From the IMG/VR virus record IMGVR_UViG_3300032323_004022: a DNA stretch of 64,000 nucleotides, one strand, 5' to 3'. Each line of letters starts with the position of its first letter. The stretch's first letter is position 1. Below, piece after piece: positions 32,001 to 40,053 of this stretch. Both the position numbers and the translations under genes were made by a program. The notes under the pieces were generated by a model, which was given only the letters and a program-made list of their open reading frames with translations, searched no databases and had not been told where the DNA came from. The DNA is from an uncultured virus (IMG/VR IMGVR_UViG_3300032323_004022). Its lineage: Duplodnaviria > Heunggongvirae > Uroviricota > Caudoviricetes.

Positions 32001-34260
32001 TAGAACAAATGATCCCGTAAATGGTCAGTTGTCTTTTGTTGATTTATGGACTTTTGGCACTTCTGTCAAACACGAAACTGGAAATGGTTTTACAAATTCA
32101 GGAACAGCCATCACATCAATAATTGGCTCTTTAAAACTTGATGGTGAAGATAGTAATCTTTATGACTGTCTTGAATATGCTTTGATTGGACAGCAACCAG
32201 CAGCAATCCCAAATAGTTCAATAGACTCAAAACAAGAAATGGATCTATTGTCCAGTTCTTATATTCCATTAACATTTATTGTTTCTGATGCTGATAATAA
32301 TACGACAGTTTCTTTAAAAAGTATTGAAGACAACATAAATTATAGTTGGAATAATCGTGGAACAAAATTAGTTGCATTTGGTGTTGATGACAAAACAAAC
32401 ACTGGAGGCCTGAGACAATTGGTACAGAATACAGATGGATTGTATTTTGATGCTTCTAGTTCTTATTGGTCAGGAATTACCACTGCTTTATTGCACGGTG
32501 GATCTAACGCATTATTTGCTGGTTCTTGGAATAAATCTGTAGAGTTCTATACTTCCAAATTTATAAAATCAATCACTACAGCATATACGGTTTCTACAGG
32601 TCAAAGTGTAGATAGTTCTTGCATAGTCAAATACAAATATTCCACAGATAAAAAGAATTACAGTGATTGGAATATTCTTACTTCAACATCAACACTTAAT
32701 AAAGAAATTACAAATTTAAGTTTTCAAATAGATATGACAGAAGGATGGAACAATGCTACAAGCCTTCCTGTATCTCCATATGTCAGTCAATTGTATTACA
32801 CAGAAGTATCTCCAGCTGTCAACTATTTCTTTACAACTGCCCTTATTTCCACAGATGATATTTTTGAATATATTCTTTCAACAGACTATTCTGACACTGA
32901 TAAGGCAAAATTAACTTGGGGTATCTGCAAGGGTAATAGTACAAATTGGAATGATTATGAAGAGCTTATAAAAAACAAAAATGGAATAATTTCTTCAAGA
33001 CAAAGATCATATAAATATACAAACGCTCTATTTTATGACAAACTCACTTCTATCAAGTCTGTAAATAATAATTTTACTTATTTTGTCTACAATGATAATG
33101 CTAGATTTACTTGGCTTCTTTCTGACACTGTTGAAGTTTATTTAAATTCTTCTCTTGTCAGCACTAATCTTTACACAATTGACAATGTAAATGGAACTAT
33201 TACTTTTAGACAAGAAGTGCCAACAGGAAATATTATTCAAGTTTCAATTAGCAGAACAGGATCAAGATATGAAGCTTATGGAGAAGGCACTGTTTCCACT
33301 GATTATAAGAACTATTATGTTGTAAATGGTAGATGGCCTGAAGATAGCAAAGTTGTAGTACTAGTAAATAATGAGATAGTTCGTGGTGGATACAAATTAG
33401 ACAGATATGATGGCAAAATTATATTTGACACTAACAAATCTGCAAGCGATATCATCACTGTATTTGTTCTTCAAGGGTCAACATATAGATTGGGATTAAA
33501 GGTAGAGACATATTCTTCTACTGCATCAACAACTTATAATTTTGAATTTACTCATAATACAGTGACTAATTCAAATGTATATTCTCATTATTTGAATACA
33601 AACATTCCATCATTGAAAGCTGAAAGTTTGGTCTTGAATTCAGATATTTCTTATGCTTCCGTTGGATCTACGAAACAAATTGCCAGTGCTTCTAGAATGT
33701 ATGTTGATTACAATTATATTTCTGAAAATCAACAATACAAACCAAGAACAAGATGGTACAGAACAAGAACATCTGGTGGCGGAACAACTACCGTAGAATT
33801 AGACTCCACACCTAATTACAGAGATAGATTGGTTCAAAGGAAAGCAGATTTGAGTGCTGCTAATGGATATTTCAATGTTAATGATCAAGTATATGTAACT
33901 CTTGAGCCAAATGATAATTTTGATTATGGAATTACTTATACTTCTCAACCGATAATTGTCAAGAGTTTATCTGCACCTTATGTTTATGACGTTCAAATAA
34001 AATCTACAAATATAATAGTTGATAATAAGATTTCTGCAAATAGTGTTCTTCAAGCGTATTATAACTTTAATGGTACTTCAGATTTATCTACTATTGAGTG
34101 GTTTGAATGGACTAATGGGGTATCAAATAAAATAGCTGAAGGTAGTCTTTTAAATTCAGCTGTTGTTTTAAGAAATATGGCGATTTCATTTATAGTCAGA
34201 CCTTATGATGGAACAATTTATGGAATACCAATTGAAAGCCAAATACTTAACATAATTTAA
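26044..34260 (+). CDS. Giant tail fibre/adhesin-like protein (2738 aa) with fibre modules, BNR/Asp-box propellers and a vWA domain
   Basis: Two ATT.(N/D)I.L.G.QTIDGV....GN.VLVKNQ....NGIY...WTR modules. Asp-boxes YRSFDEGNTF and WYTLDDGDCW. vWA MIDAS-like FDNSAS...TFIVSDA...LVAFGV. Confidence 0.75.
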   Translation: MANRTSIYKFLYSQFGDIWYPGYDYENMLTAETNFSGIYSFFGPGIINGWDVSKLTDNRSDQILLLDGYNTSATSEYGQKLSLLNLVFSVSCLAATTTNITLSGAQTIDGVSVVAGNLVLVKNQSTASQNGIYTVSASTWTRHSSLDTTSDYSDNFVVYVSSGSTNEKTLWLGVVSSTNFTLGSSNLYFQDAFKQCIKVSTGDGIIDKYAAKTEKPRYFRQTIANTFYAWAESGISTLSDEICNISFPSIPDSKYNTYSNAVYLATVIYKADTTYTDFNTVSEIVYEERRNQINETAGEFQRQLQLSYLKHKHLGEINTAAKIDLKNYLVLTASSNDGSSSYDNTSIFILKNVDGTLFNDTISSYGTPIVKLDGTILSSLDYTISESSSPYKIYLTQSIKSTSKLEVYLPYAVDKTLIAVNASQQILSTALTLNTYIKLSDGTIYQFTDAAGLTTDLYTLFAWTDFQYDTAEVYLAETLIDPVHYTINPNSGCILLKNTIPNYAQYTFLDLSVVIKARKTEIKNNLTNDYIKNLSANSVSTGKISINNLKINHYSENRYKQPLTFTPDKFLTTGIGKSYLYPQNTNSYIQYNDNISAFYKSVNIITSLNLIYAASSRGLFSFNLGSNTAQTTNWQNDYGKILSLQDNIIYPTNENYFKNVYAFTSLGKVYYNNTSNVWEDLKLPRDASGIAKTLVNFKISSDKLADGTYQTYQYGLTSDKAYYAIIPDNSAYQNWDWNEISTFYNSSGVAITNIYNLSAIEEVSTQKTTFVAGETDDVTIQRVLYVGAIGTSTKGLYYGDFSQLSQIFNEPVKGIYWIKDGAYKNNIIWWNDYQAFITHTAKYYEDATGKYWSLPFSQSTTSFSNALCATTEDIDLTGTQTIDGVAVSAGNIVLVKNQTNKAENGIYVASSGSWTRSTELDVNAEFINWKTVYVSSGTVNGDSTWYLVVEDAFNFGTSDVVWEVQRLKIYQNSTPSGAGASSVINCVAQRNSTTFPTDYFIGHSDGIARIQESSLGTSVAYSELFWEPVFQGSANALYSFDDGSNFGKLYAGTTNGIFVSTELLWQDVNVSSTVSLNYRWKRPNDTFFENETEFAVFDKDYNQITNFTLNYPYQMVAMGSSYVPGDQVYYEKSFNTFTTSPWNDTQTDSTRIFTYINNEPSTIPFYSSPSEGKITFTQSVLKSDIDNVKISVVNDFPTISDAGTKPHSSTYVPLYKTKSPIALLAKPNSNTDTKIYVNQRISDYSLIQLKSGNKYEIAVVKSVDNTVYPIEITLSVARLTSTTTYDVGAEVYGIKNEIVSGLEDDLYLAMSNQTYNLASENNSNIQELARKIKSLNSTIFDFTAPSISQTDTRGLKNTLLVDNFSSDAKFDSLNSSFKNRTELIPTANDFESDPIQVKGIVGLTKDGSGTRIITEKGVWKYTGYWELESTLDGAFDSSYISLNPNLEIIAGASNGLWKYDGSWTKQTSSARQNAYLTGFWNGTLFEAFATSDGLNVKLGTTNFLSDFLKLTTNNVNGIFKGAYVKNSLGNVQEYESLHAAGDDGYYVMGNDTQYASFSSFLVPRKMFSAGNPEGVSKYYKSFQAYSIPSSTNKTTYANPLYILTNDGILKVRNWKYSYPDDVNSSDFIVDSRFLRGLHCFSYAIDTEAAVGNTPGKSKIYIGTNDGVYRSFDEGNTFERSDYIGTLPTCVYDLHVFSSTFNSITQNVLVACTNNGIWYTLDDGDCWYRTGENTTEGYSPVLFSSKPSNDIRFISSDSGSVGYLAQTFTTSSTASTISKVSAFLSIRDQDSLSNSSYNDSLANTTLTAYVYSVDANVRPQTQLAASSPITSSSVKVGGFTSFNLTSALDIPGTGSTTLALVIKETASSVPLFKWKKASTSNPFSGLGYSSLNAISWSGISTSYDFFFQAHYDNAYAPIETIVPIGNYDNSEVNWNSGVGSGITSGNDGYLYLEPKFVISTVFDNSASMQMSSGFVNGFNNLLTNILNRTNDPVNGQLSFVDLWTFGTSVKHETGNGFTNSGTAITSIIGSLKLDGEDSNLYDCLEYALIGQQPAAIPNSSIDSKQEMDLLSSSYIPLTFIVSDADNNTTVSLKSIEDNINYSWNNRGTKLVAFGVDDKTNTGGLRQLVQNTDGLYFDASSSYWSGITTALLHGGSNALFAGSWNKSVEFYTSKFIKSITTAYTVSTGQSVDSSCIVKYKYSTDKKNYSDWNILTSTSTLNKEITNLSFQIDMTEGWNNATSLPVSPYVSQLYYTEVSPAVNYFFTTALISTDDIFEYILSTDYSDTDKAKLTWGICKGNSTNWNDYEELIKNKNGIISSRQRSYKYTNALFYDKLTSIKSVNNNFTYFVYNDNARFTWLLSDTVEVYLNSSLVSTNLYTIDNVNGTITFRQEVPTGNIIQVSISRTGSRYEAYGEGTVSTDYKNYYVVNGRWPEDSKVVVLVNNEIVRGGYKLDRYDGKIIFDTNKSASDIITVFVLQGSTYRLGLKVETYSSTASTTYNFEFTHNTVTNSNVYSHYLNTNIPSLKAESLVLNSDISYASVGSTKQIASASRMYVDYNYISENQQYKPRTRWYRTRTSGGGTTTVELDSTPNYRDRLVQRKADLSAANGYFNVNDQVYVTLEPNDNFDYGITYTSQPIIVKSLSAPYVYDVQIKSTNIIVDNKISANSVLQAYYNFNGTSDLSTIEWFEWTNGVSNKIAEGSLLNSAVVLRNMAISFIVRPYDGTIYGIPIESQILNII

Positions 34261-34287
34261 AGGAATAAGGAAAAATATATAAAGAAT
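34260..34287 (+). promoter_or_regulatory. Putative phage promoter AAGG-N18-AAGAAT
   Basis: Motif match in the intergenic gap before the peptidase cluster. Confidence 0.45.
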
Positions 34288-34313
34288 AATATACTTGTAT
34301 CGAGGTGAAAAAA

Positions 34314-35276
34314 ATGCAAGATAAGATTCAATTTATTCCTGAAGAAGATTTAAAGGTTGTATCAGTTCCGTTCGCAGCTTTGTCTCAAACTCAAAACTGG
34401 GGTATGGCTTTAGCAAATATCCAAGATGTTTGGTCAGTTTCAAAGCAAGGTGAAGGTATCAAAGTCGCAATTCTTGATACTGGATTTTCAGAACACGCTG
34501 ATTTAGTGGAAGCTTGGAAGGCTGATGAAGCTGTCAACTGTACATCTGAAGCAAGCGTAAATGATTCAGGTAGTGGACACGGAGTTCATGTTGCTGGAAT
34601 TATTTCTGGTTCTGATAATGATTTTGGCGTAGTAGGTGTAGCACCGAAAGCAAAATGTTATTGCATTAGAGTTCTCGACAATAGTGGTGGTGGAAGTTAC
34701 GATACAATTGCAGCAGGCTTAAGAAAAGCAATTGATTTAGAAGTTGACATTATCAATATGTCATTAGGAGCTCCATCTGCACCACCATCATTTATTCACG
34801 ATTTGATCAAAGAAGCAGTTTCCAAAGGAATTGTAGTTATAGCAGCTGCCGGAAACGACTCACACGCAGTAAATTACCCAGCAAGATACGATGAAGTTAT
34901 TGCTGTTGCTGCATTAGATGAAAGTGGAAATTTAGCCACTTTCACTTCAAGGGATTTTACAGTAGACATTGTTGCTCCAGGCACTAATATTTATTCAACT
35001 CATTTGAATAATAACTATTGTAAAATGTCAGGTACAAGTCAATCAGCTCCATTTGTTGCTGGTATTTGTGCATTGATAAAAGCTGCATTGAAAAATCAGA
35101 ATCTTCTTCCAGAATTTGGAAACCAATTTTGTCAAGAAGATATGATGGTTGCATTGAGAAATATTTCAAGTTTACAAAATTATCAAGTTCAACCTGGAGA
35201 AGAACAAAATTGGGGGCCTGGTGTTCCTAAACTTGCAAATATTGATTGGTCAAACATCACTGTTAAAAAATCTTAA
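34314..35276 (+). CDS. Subtilisin-family (S8) serine peptidase, intracellular type
   Basis: Catalytic motifs ILDTG, HGVHVAG, AAAGN and GTSQSAP. No signal peptide. ATG at 34314 follows a GAGG SD (the ORF track uses GTG at 34305). Confidence 0.92.
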   Translation: MQDKIQFIPEEDLKVVSVPFAALSQTQNWGMALANIQDVWSVSKQGEGIKVAILDTGFSEHADLVEAWKADEAVNCTSEASVNDSGSGHGVHVAGIISGSDNDFGVVGVAPKAKCYCIRVLDNSGGGSYDTIAAGLRKAIDLEVDIINMSLGAPSAPPSFIHDLIKEAVSKGIVVIAAAGNDSHAVNYPARYDEVIAVAALDESGNLATFTSRDFTVDIVAPGTNIYSTHLNNNYCKMSGTSQSAPFVAGICALIKAALKNQNLLPEFGNQFCQEDMMVALRNISSLQNYQVQPGEEQNWGPGVPKLANIDWSNITVKKS

Positions 35277-35338
35277 CTACGAGCAAAAAGCTAAAAAAAA
35301 GAAATGTCTTCAGCTCCTTTTACAACAAGAGGTGAAGC

Positions 35339-35797
35339 ATGAAAAAGAGATTAATTGTTTCTTTGGCGATTGGTTGTATATTGCTACTTTTAGCTTATTT
35401 TCAGCCTTATAAGTTAGTTGTAGTTATTGGACAATCGATGTACCCTACTTACAAAAGTGGGCAAATTTTGTTAGCTAAAAAGACTAAATATTTCAAAAAA
35501 AGCGATGTAGTAGTTGCTTTGAGTGATGACAGATCCTTGATCGTTAAAAGAATACTTTATACTCCAGAAGAATATTACTATTATGTAATGAAGAAAGAAG
35601 GATATTACAAGCTTATTATTGATAATTCATATCGTTCAATAGTGCAAACAAAAAATATTGATGATGCTTATACGCTAGAATTAAAAGTTCCAAAAAACCA
35701 TTATTATCTTATTGGAGATAATTTGGATAATTCAGATGATAGCAGAAGATTTGGAACTTTAGAAGAAAATGAGATTTTGTATAAAGTAATACAATGA
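35339..35797 (+). CDS. lepB: Signal peptidase I (S26)
   Basis: N-terminal TM segment; GQSMYPT (Ser), IVKRI (Lys) and GDNLDNSDDSRRFG box E. Confidence 0.88.
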   Translation: MKKRLIVSLAIGCILLLLAYFQPYKLVVVIGQSMYPTYKSGQILLAKKTKYFKKSDVVVALSDDRSLIVKRILYTPEEYYYYVMKKEGYYKLIIDNSYRSIVQTKNIDDAYTLELKVPKNHYYLIGDNLDNSDDSRRFGTLEENEILYKVIQ

Positions 35798-36468
35798 ATT
35801 TTAAATTAGATGTTAATTATTTGGATAGTTTGATTAAAACTAGCCAGAGCACAGAAAAGCTTGAAGACCCAATTAAAAAAACAATACAATTGGGGCTTCA
35901 AGCTTCTTGTTCAATTTATGTGAGATCTGGAAAGAAAAATTGGTCTGGAAGTGGATTTCACATTGGAAATAATATTATTATCACTGCTGGGCACGTAGTA
36001 CCAACTGATGAAACTTTGACAGAAATTCTTATCACTTTTGATAATAAAAATTTTATTCCAGCCACTTTTTTAACTTCTGATCCTACAATTGATTCTGGTG
36101 CAGTAAGAGCTGAAAGAATTCCATCAAATATTCCAACTTTACAATTTGCAAATAGCGATACTGTTGAAGTAGGCGATATTGTAGCAGTTATAGGATCTCC
36201 AGAAGGCTTTCATGACACTGCAACAGTTGGAAGAGTTTCAAATGTTCATCAAAGTATAAATGATGTAAATATGCCAGCTTGGAATGATATTATTTTTGTA
36301 GATGCTGATATACTTGAAGGCTCATCAGGCGGAATGGTGATTGGGACAGACAATCTAGTTTATGGCACTATTATGGGTGTAACAGGACAGCATGCTGATA
36401 TTGGGGTGGGTGAAAATGCTGTTTGTCCATCAAATAAGATTACCAATATGCTTTCCAAATTAGTATAA
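35794..36468 (+). CDS. Trypsin-like (S1C/HtrA-type) serine protease lacking PDZ domain
   Basis: [23 protein letters not shown] and [11 protein letters not shown] motifs; ATGA overlap with the upstream gene. Confidence 0.88.
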   Translation: MNFKLDVNYLDSLIKTSQSTEKLEDPIKKTIQLGLQASCSIYVRSGKKNWSGSGFHIGNNIIITAGHVVPTDETLTEILITFDNKNFIPATFLTSDPTIDSGAVRAERIPSNIPTLQFANSDTVEVGDIVAVIGSPEGFHDTATVGRVSNVHQSINDVNMPAWNDIIFVDADILEGSSGGMVIGTDNLVYGTIMGVTGQHADIGVGENAVCPSNKITNMLSKLV

Positions 36469-36475
36469 TGATTTT

Positions 36476-37459
36476 ATGCCGAATCCATATGATGTTCTAG
36501 GTTTGCCTCATAATGCTTCTATAGATGATGCAAAAAAAGCATATAGAAAGTTAGCAAAGCAATATCATCCTGATGTAAATAAAGACACTGGAGCAGAAGA
36601 AAAATTCAAAGAAATATCTCAAGCGTATGAAGATATTTTGAATCCTCCACCTCCACAACATCATTTTGAACCCCCTACTAATCCTTTTAGGAATACAGCA
36701 CACAATCCATTTCGAAAAAACCTTAATACTCCAATTACTGTAACCATAGAGTTAGAATTGGAAGAAGTTTACAAAAATGTGGTAAAGACCCTCAACTATG
36801 AACGTTTAACCCCTTGTGGTGCTTGTTCAGGTATTGGTGGTAGTGGAAGTAAAAGTGTTTGTATGAGCTGTATGGGATCTGGAGAACACTACATTATTCA
36901 AAATTTAGGTTTTATGCACGTTAGAAATTATGCTGGCCCTTGTGGAAGTTGCTATGGACGTGGCGAAAAGTTTGAATCTTTTTGTAATTATTGCAATGGT
37001 TCTGGCTTTGTAAAAATGTTTGAGAATTTTGATCTCACGATTAACAAAGGCCATGTCTTTAGATCTTCAATGATTCAAGGAAGGGGAAATCACGGAGATG
37101 TATATCAAGCTCCAGGGCCATTAATTGTTGAAGTGGTTACAAAACCAAGAGAAAAATTTGAAGTTGATGCTAATTTAAATTTAATTCACGAATTTGAAAT
37201 AGATCCTATCATGGCTTTGGTTGATCCAGAATTTAAATATTCTCACGTAAATGGCAGTAAGTTAAATTTTAAGTTTAATAATAGCTTGAAGAATGGTTAC
37301 GTACATATAGTTAAAAACAAAGGTATTCCAACATCAAATGATACATATTCTGACTTACATCTCAAAATAATGTATAAAATTCCTAAAGAAATTTCTGATG
37401 AAGAATCACAATTTTTAAAATCATATGTCGAATCTAGGAAAAGGAGACAAATGTTATGA
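36476..37459 (+). CDS. dnaJ: DnaJ chaperone (J domain, four CxxCxGxG zinc motifs, C-terminal domain)
   Basis: [30 protein letters not shown] and CNYCNGSG. A Pro-rich linker replaces the G/F region. Confidence 0.93.
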   Translation: MPNPYDVLGLPHNASIDDAKKAYRKLAKQYHPDVNKDTGAEEKFKEISQAYEDILNPPPPQHHFEPPTNPFRNTAHNPFRKNLNTPITVTIELELEEVYKNVVKTLNYERLTPCGACSGIGGSGSKSVCMSCMGSGEHYIIQNLGFMHVRNYAGPCGSCYGRGEKFESFCNYCNGSGFVKMFENFDLTINKGHVFRSSMIQGRGNHGDVYQAPGPLIVEVVTKPREKFEVDANLNLIHEFEIDPIMALVDPEFKYSHVNGSKLNFKFNNSLKNGYVHIVKNKGIPTSNDTYSDLHLKIMYKIPKEISDEESQFLKSYVESRKRRQML

Positions 37460-37674
37460 GTATGGTAAAGAGAGCTACTGGCAAGATTGAAAAGTTCACT
37501 AATGCAGAAGGTGAAGAAGTAGTGGCAGACAATCTTGTTTGGGCAGATGAAAAGAAAGATGAAACCGTCACCGCACAAATCAAAGATGAATTGGTTATTC
37601 CTTTGACTACAGATATGGATCTAGATCCAAATGCATCTGATCAAGATGATTCAGTTATTGCTAAGGATTGTTAA
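37456..37674 (+). CDS. Small acidic hypothetical protein (72 aa)
   Basis: AAGGAG SD; ATGA overlap with dnaJ. Confidence 0.75.
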   Translation: MSMVKRATGKIEKFTNAEGEEVVADNLVWADEKKDETVTAQIKDELVIPLTTDMDLDPNASDQDDSVIAKDC

Positions 37675-37676
37675 TT

Positions 37677-38111
37677 ATGGATTTAGTAAATAATTTTCTC
37701 AAATCAACACAGAATGAAATTATTGTTTATGTAATTTGTTTCATCCTTGGTAGTGTAGTCTTCTTTTTCTTGGCAAAATCTAAATCTGAAGGTGCTGCAG
37801 CTTTACAAACTCTTGAAGTTGTCAAACTTGTTCTTCGCAGTAAACTTGGTGACAAGGCTGATGGTATTTTAGATATTTGGATTGAAGGCTTGAAAAAAAT
37901 TCAAGATGGAGAATTTTCACAAGATGATGCTGTTGATCAGTTTGTGAGATTTATTCGTTTGGGGTGTGTTCAGAAGGGCATCGAATTATCCGAAGAAGAT
38001 GTTGATAAGATTCATATGCTTGTTCTTTCTACATTGGAAACATTTGTAGGTAAGAAGCCAAAGCAGATTGAAATTGCTGTTAATAAATTCAACGCAATGA
38101 ATCATCGATAG
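37677..38111 (+). CDS. Single-TM membrane protein, possibly LL-H-like holin
   Basis: Hydrophobic IIVYVICFILGSVVFFFLA followed by a soluble tail KGIELSEEDV...IEIAV, reminiscent of LL-H holins. AAGGA SD before ATG 37677. The holin call is weak. Confidence 0.5.
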   Translation: MDLVNNFLKSTQNEIIVYVICFILGSVVFFFLAKSKSEGAAALQTLEVVKLVLRSKLGDKADGILDIWIEGLKKIQDGEFSQDDAVDQFVRFIRLGCVQKGIELSEEDVDKIHMLVLSTLETFVGKKPKQIEIAVNKFNAMNHR

Positions 38112-38126
38112 GTATGTGTTTCTGAT

Positions 38127-38169
38127 AAACAACCATTTTCGTGATGTCACGAAAATGGTTGTTTTGTTT
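38127..38169 (+). terminator. Perfect 18-bp inverted repeat, probable intrinsic terminator
   Basis: aaacaaccattttcgtga-tg-tcacgaaaatggttgttt followed by tgttt. Confidence 0.75.
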
Positions 38170-38171
38170 AA

Positions 38172-38180
38172 TGGTATACT
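38172..38180 (+). promoter_or_regulatory. Extended -10 promoter (TGgTATACT) 6 nt before the helicase ATG; leaderless mRNA predicted
   Basis: TGnTATACT-tactga-ATG with no SD. Confidence 0.55.
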
Positions 38181-38186
38181 TACTGA

Positions 38187-39953
38187 ATGGTAGAAGTTGA
38201 AGTTTACAATGACAAAAGCATTATCATAAATCTTGATGATCCTATGGGAAAATTACCTTTCCCTTATCAAGAAGCTTTAAGAAACGAATTGTCATATAAA
38301 GTTCCTGATTCTGAATGGTCTGCAAAATATAAGACAGGTCAGTGGGATGGAAGAATTTCTCTCTATGTAAAAAGAAATCAATCTTTCCCCACTGGTTTGA
38401 CTATGCGTGTTTCCCGTTTATTTGATGAATTAAACGTGCAATACAAATTTACAGACAAAAGAGAAAAGCCTGTTAGAGACTACAATATTGCCTGTGATTT
38501 TATGGGTAAAGATCTTAGAGATTACCAAACAATTTCTGGAGATTTAGCGCTTAAAAATCAACGTGGAATGCTTGCTCTTGCTACTGGTGCTGGAAAGACT
38601 ATGACTTCTTGTTATATTTTCCATAAACTAAAAGTCAAGCCAGTGGTATTCGTTGTTCCAGCTATTGAACTTCTTAAGCAAACTCAGAAAGAATTTGAAA
38701 AGTACTTAAAGATAAATGGTGAACCTGTCAAAGTTGGTATTGCTGGAGGTGGGCTCTGTGATATCAATATGGAAGGTATCAACGTAATCACATACCAAAC
38801 TGCTCTCATTGCTTTTGATAAGAAATATATGGAAAGCAATAACAAAATAGTTGAAGATACAGGCGAGGGTTCTAAACCTACTGGACTTCTTCAAAAAGAA
38901 TTAGATGAAGCTACTACTAAATACAAAAAAGCCCGTCAAATTGCATCAGGTAAACTTTCTGATTTATATGTCCAAGTTGAAACAGCGGAAGAAAATCAAT
39001 CAAAAGATGCAGATAAATTACGTAAAAAATATGAACGTGAAATCAGCTTATTAATTAAGACTGAATTAGCAGCATATAGGAAGGCTCAAACAGCTTGGGA
39101 TAATAGGCAAGATACATTATTTCAGAAAGCGCAAGTAAGAAACGTAATTCAATGCTGTAATGCTTTGATTATTGACGAAGCACACTTAGCTGCTGTTGTG
39201 ACTGAAGAAATTGGAAATCAGGCAAAAAACGCTTATTATAGGCTAGGTTTGAGTGCCACACCTTTTCGTACTGACAATCAAGAAATAAGAATTGAAGGAA
39301 CACTTGGTGGAAAAGTGTGTGAAGTAAGTGCTAGTGATCTTGTTGAGCGTGGTTTCCTAGTTCCACCTAAGATTTTTGTAGTGAATATCAGCACTGTAGA
39401 ACCTGGTCAAACTTATCACGAAGTTTACAATCTGAATATTATTAATTGTTGGGAAAGAAATTTCAGAATCAAACAATTTGCTGAAGGTATGAAAGCAAAA
39501 GGCATTCCAACTCTTATTCTTGTTGAAAGAATGGAGCACGGCAATATTCTTGAGGGAATGATTGAAGATGCTGTGTTTGTTCCTGGTGGTGACAAAGGCG
39601 AAGTTGATCCTACTGATGAGGAAAAGAATTATCGCCGAAGAATGCTTAATGCTGTTGAGAATAATGAAATAATCTTGATAGCAACTCAATGGGCTAATGT
39701 TGGTGTTGATGCTCCAAGGATTGCTGGCTTGATTCTTGCTGGCACTAATTCATCACCAGTTACTACATATCAGCAAGTTGGTAGAGTGCTTAGATGTGTT
39801 GGCAAAAATGTTGAGGACTCTATTAAAAACGGAAAACCTGAAGCTGTCATTATTGATTTTGCTTCAAGCCATAAGAATTTGAGATCTCACGTAAATATGA
39901 GAAAGAAAGTATATAAGAATGAACGTGCTTGGAAGATGTATGAGTTGAAATAA
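38187..39953 (+). CDS. uvsW: SF2 DEAH helicase, UvsW-like, with a long helical insertion
   Basis: N-terminal ELSYKVP...YKTGQWDGRI resembles T4 UvsW. Motifs ATGAGKT, DEAH, SAT and QQVGRVLR. Confidence 0.85.
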   Translation: MVEVEVYNDKSIIINLDDPMGKLPFPYQEALRNELSYKVPDSEWSAKYKTGQWDGRISLYVKRNQSFPTGLTMRVSRLFDELNVQYKFTDKREKPVRDYNIACDFMGKDLRDYQTISGDLALKNQRGMLALATGAGKTMTSCYIFHKLKVKPVVFVVPAIELLKQTQKEFEKYLKINGEPVKVGIAGGGLCDINMEGINVITYQTALIAFDKKYMESNNKIVEDTGEGSKPTGLLQKELDEATTKYKKARQIASGKLSDLYVQVETAEENQSKDADKLRKKYEREISLLIKTELAAYRKAQTAWDNRQDTLFQKAQVRNVIQCCNALIIDEAHLAAVVTEEIGNQAKNAYYRLGLSATPFRTDNQEIRIEGTLGGKVCEVSASDLVERGFLVPPKIFVVNISTVEPGQTYHEVYNLNIINCWERNFRIKQFAEGMKAKGIPTLILVERMEHGNILEGMIEDAVFVPGGDKGEVDPTDEEKNYRRRMLNAVENNEIILIATQWANVGVDAPRIAGLILAGTNSSPVTTYQQVGRVLRCVGKNVEDSIKNGKPEAVIIDFASSHKNLRSHVNMRKKVYKNERAWKMYELK

Positions 39954-39973
39954 TCTACGCCATTGTAGATTAT
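39950..39973. terminator. 9-bp hairpin between the converging helicase and micro-ORF
   Basis: ataatctac-gccatt-gtagattat. Confidence 0.5.
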
Positions 39974-39981
39974 AAGTTGCC

Positions 39982-40053
39982 TTACAATTCTACTTTGAAT
40001 AAAGCTGAAATTACTTGATTCATCATTTCTTCTAATTGTTCAAAAATTTTCAT
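39982..40053 (-). CDS. Unannotated 23-aa micro-ORF MKIFEQLEEMMNQVISALFKVEL
   Basis: Strong SD TAAGGAGGT 8 nt upstream of the ATG; occupies an otherwise empty intergenic region; below the ORF-track size cutoff. Confidence 0.6.
   Translation of the reverse strand: MKIFEQLEEMMNQVISALFKVEL

Noticed and set aside
5555..34260. Extracellular contractile injection system or tailocin locus
   Set aside because: No sheath, Afp15-like AAA ATPase, PAAR or baseplate J gene was recognised.
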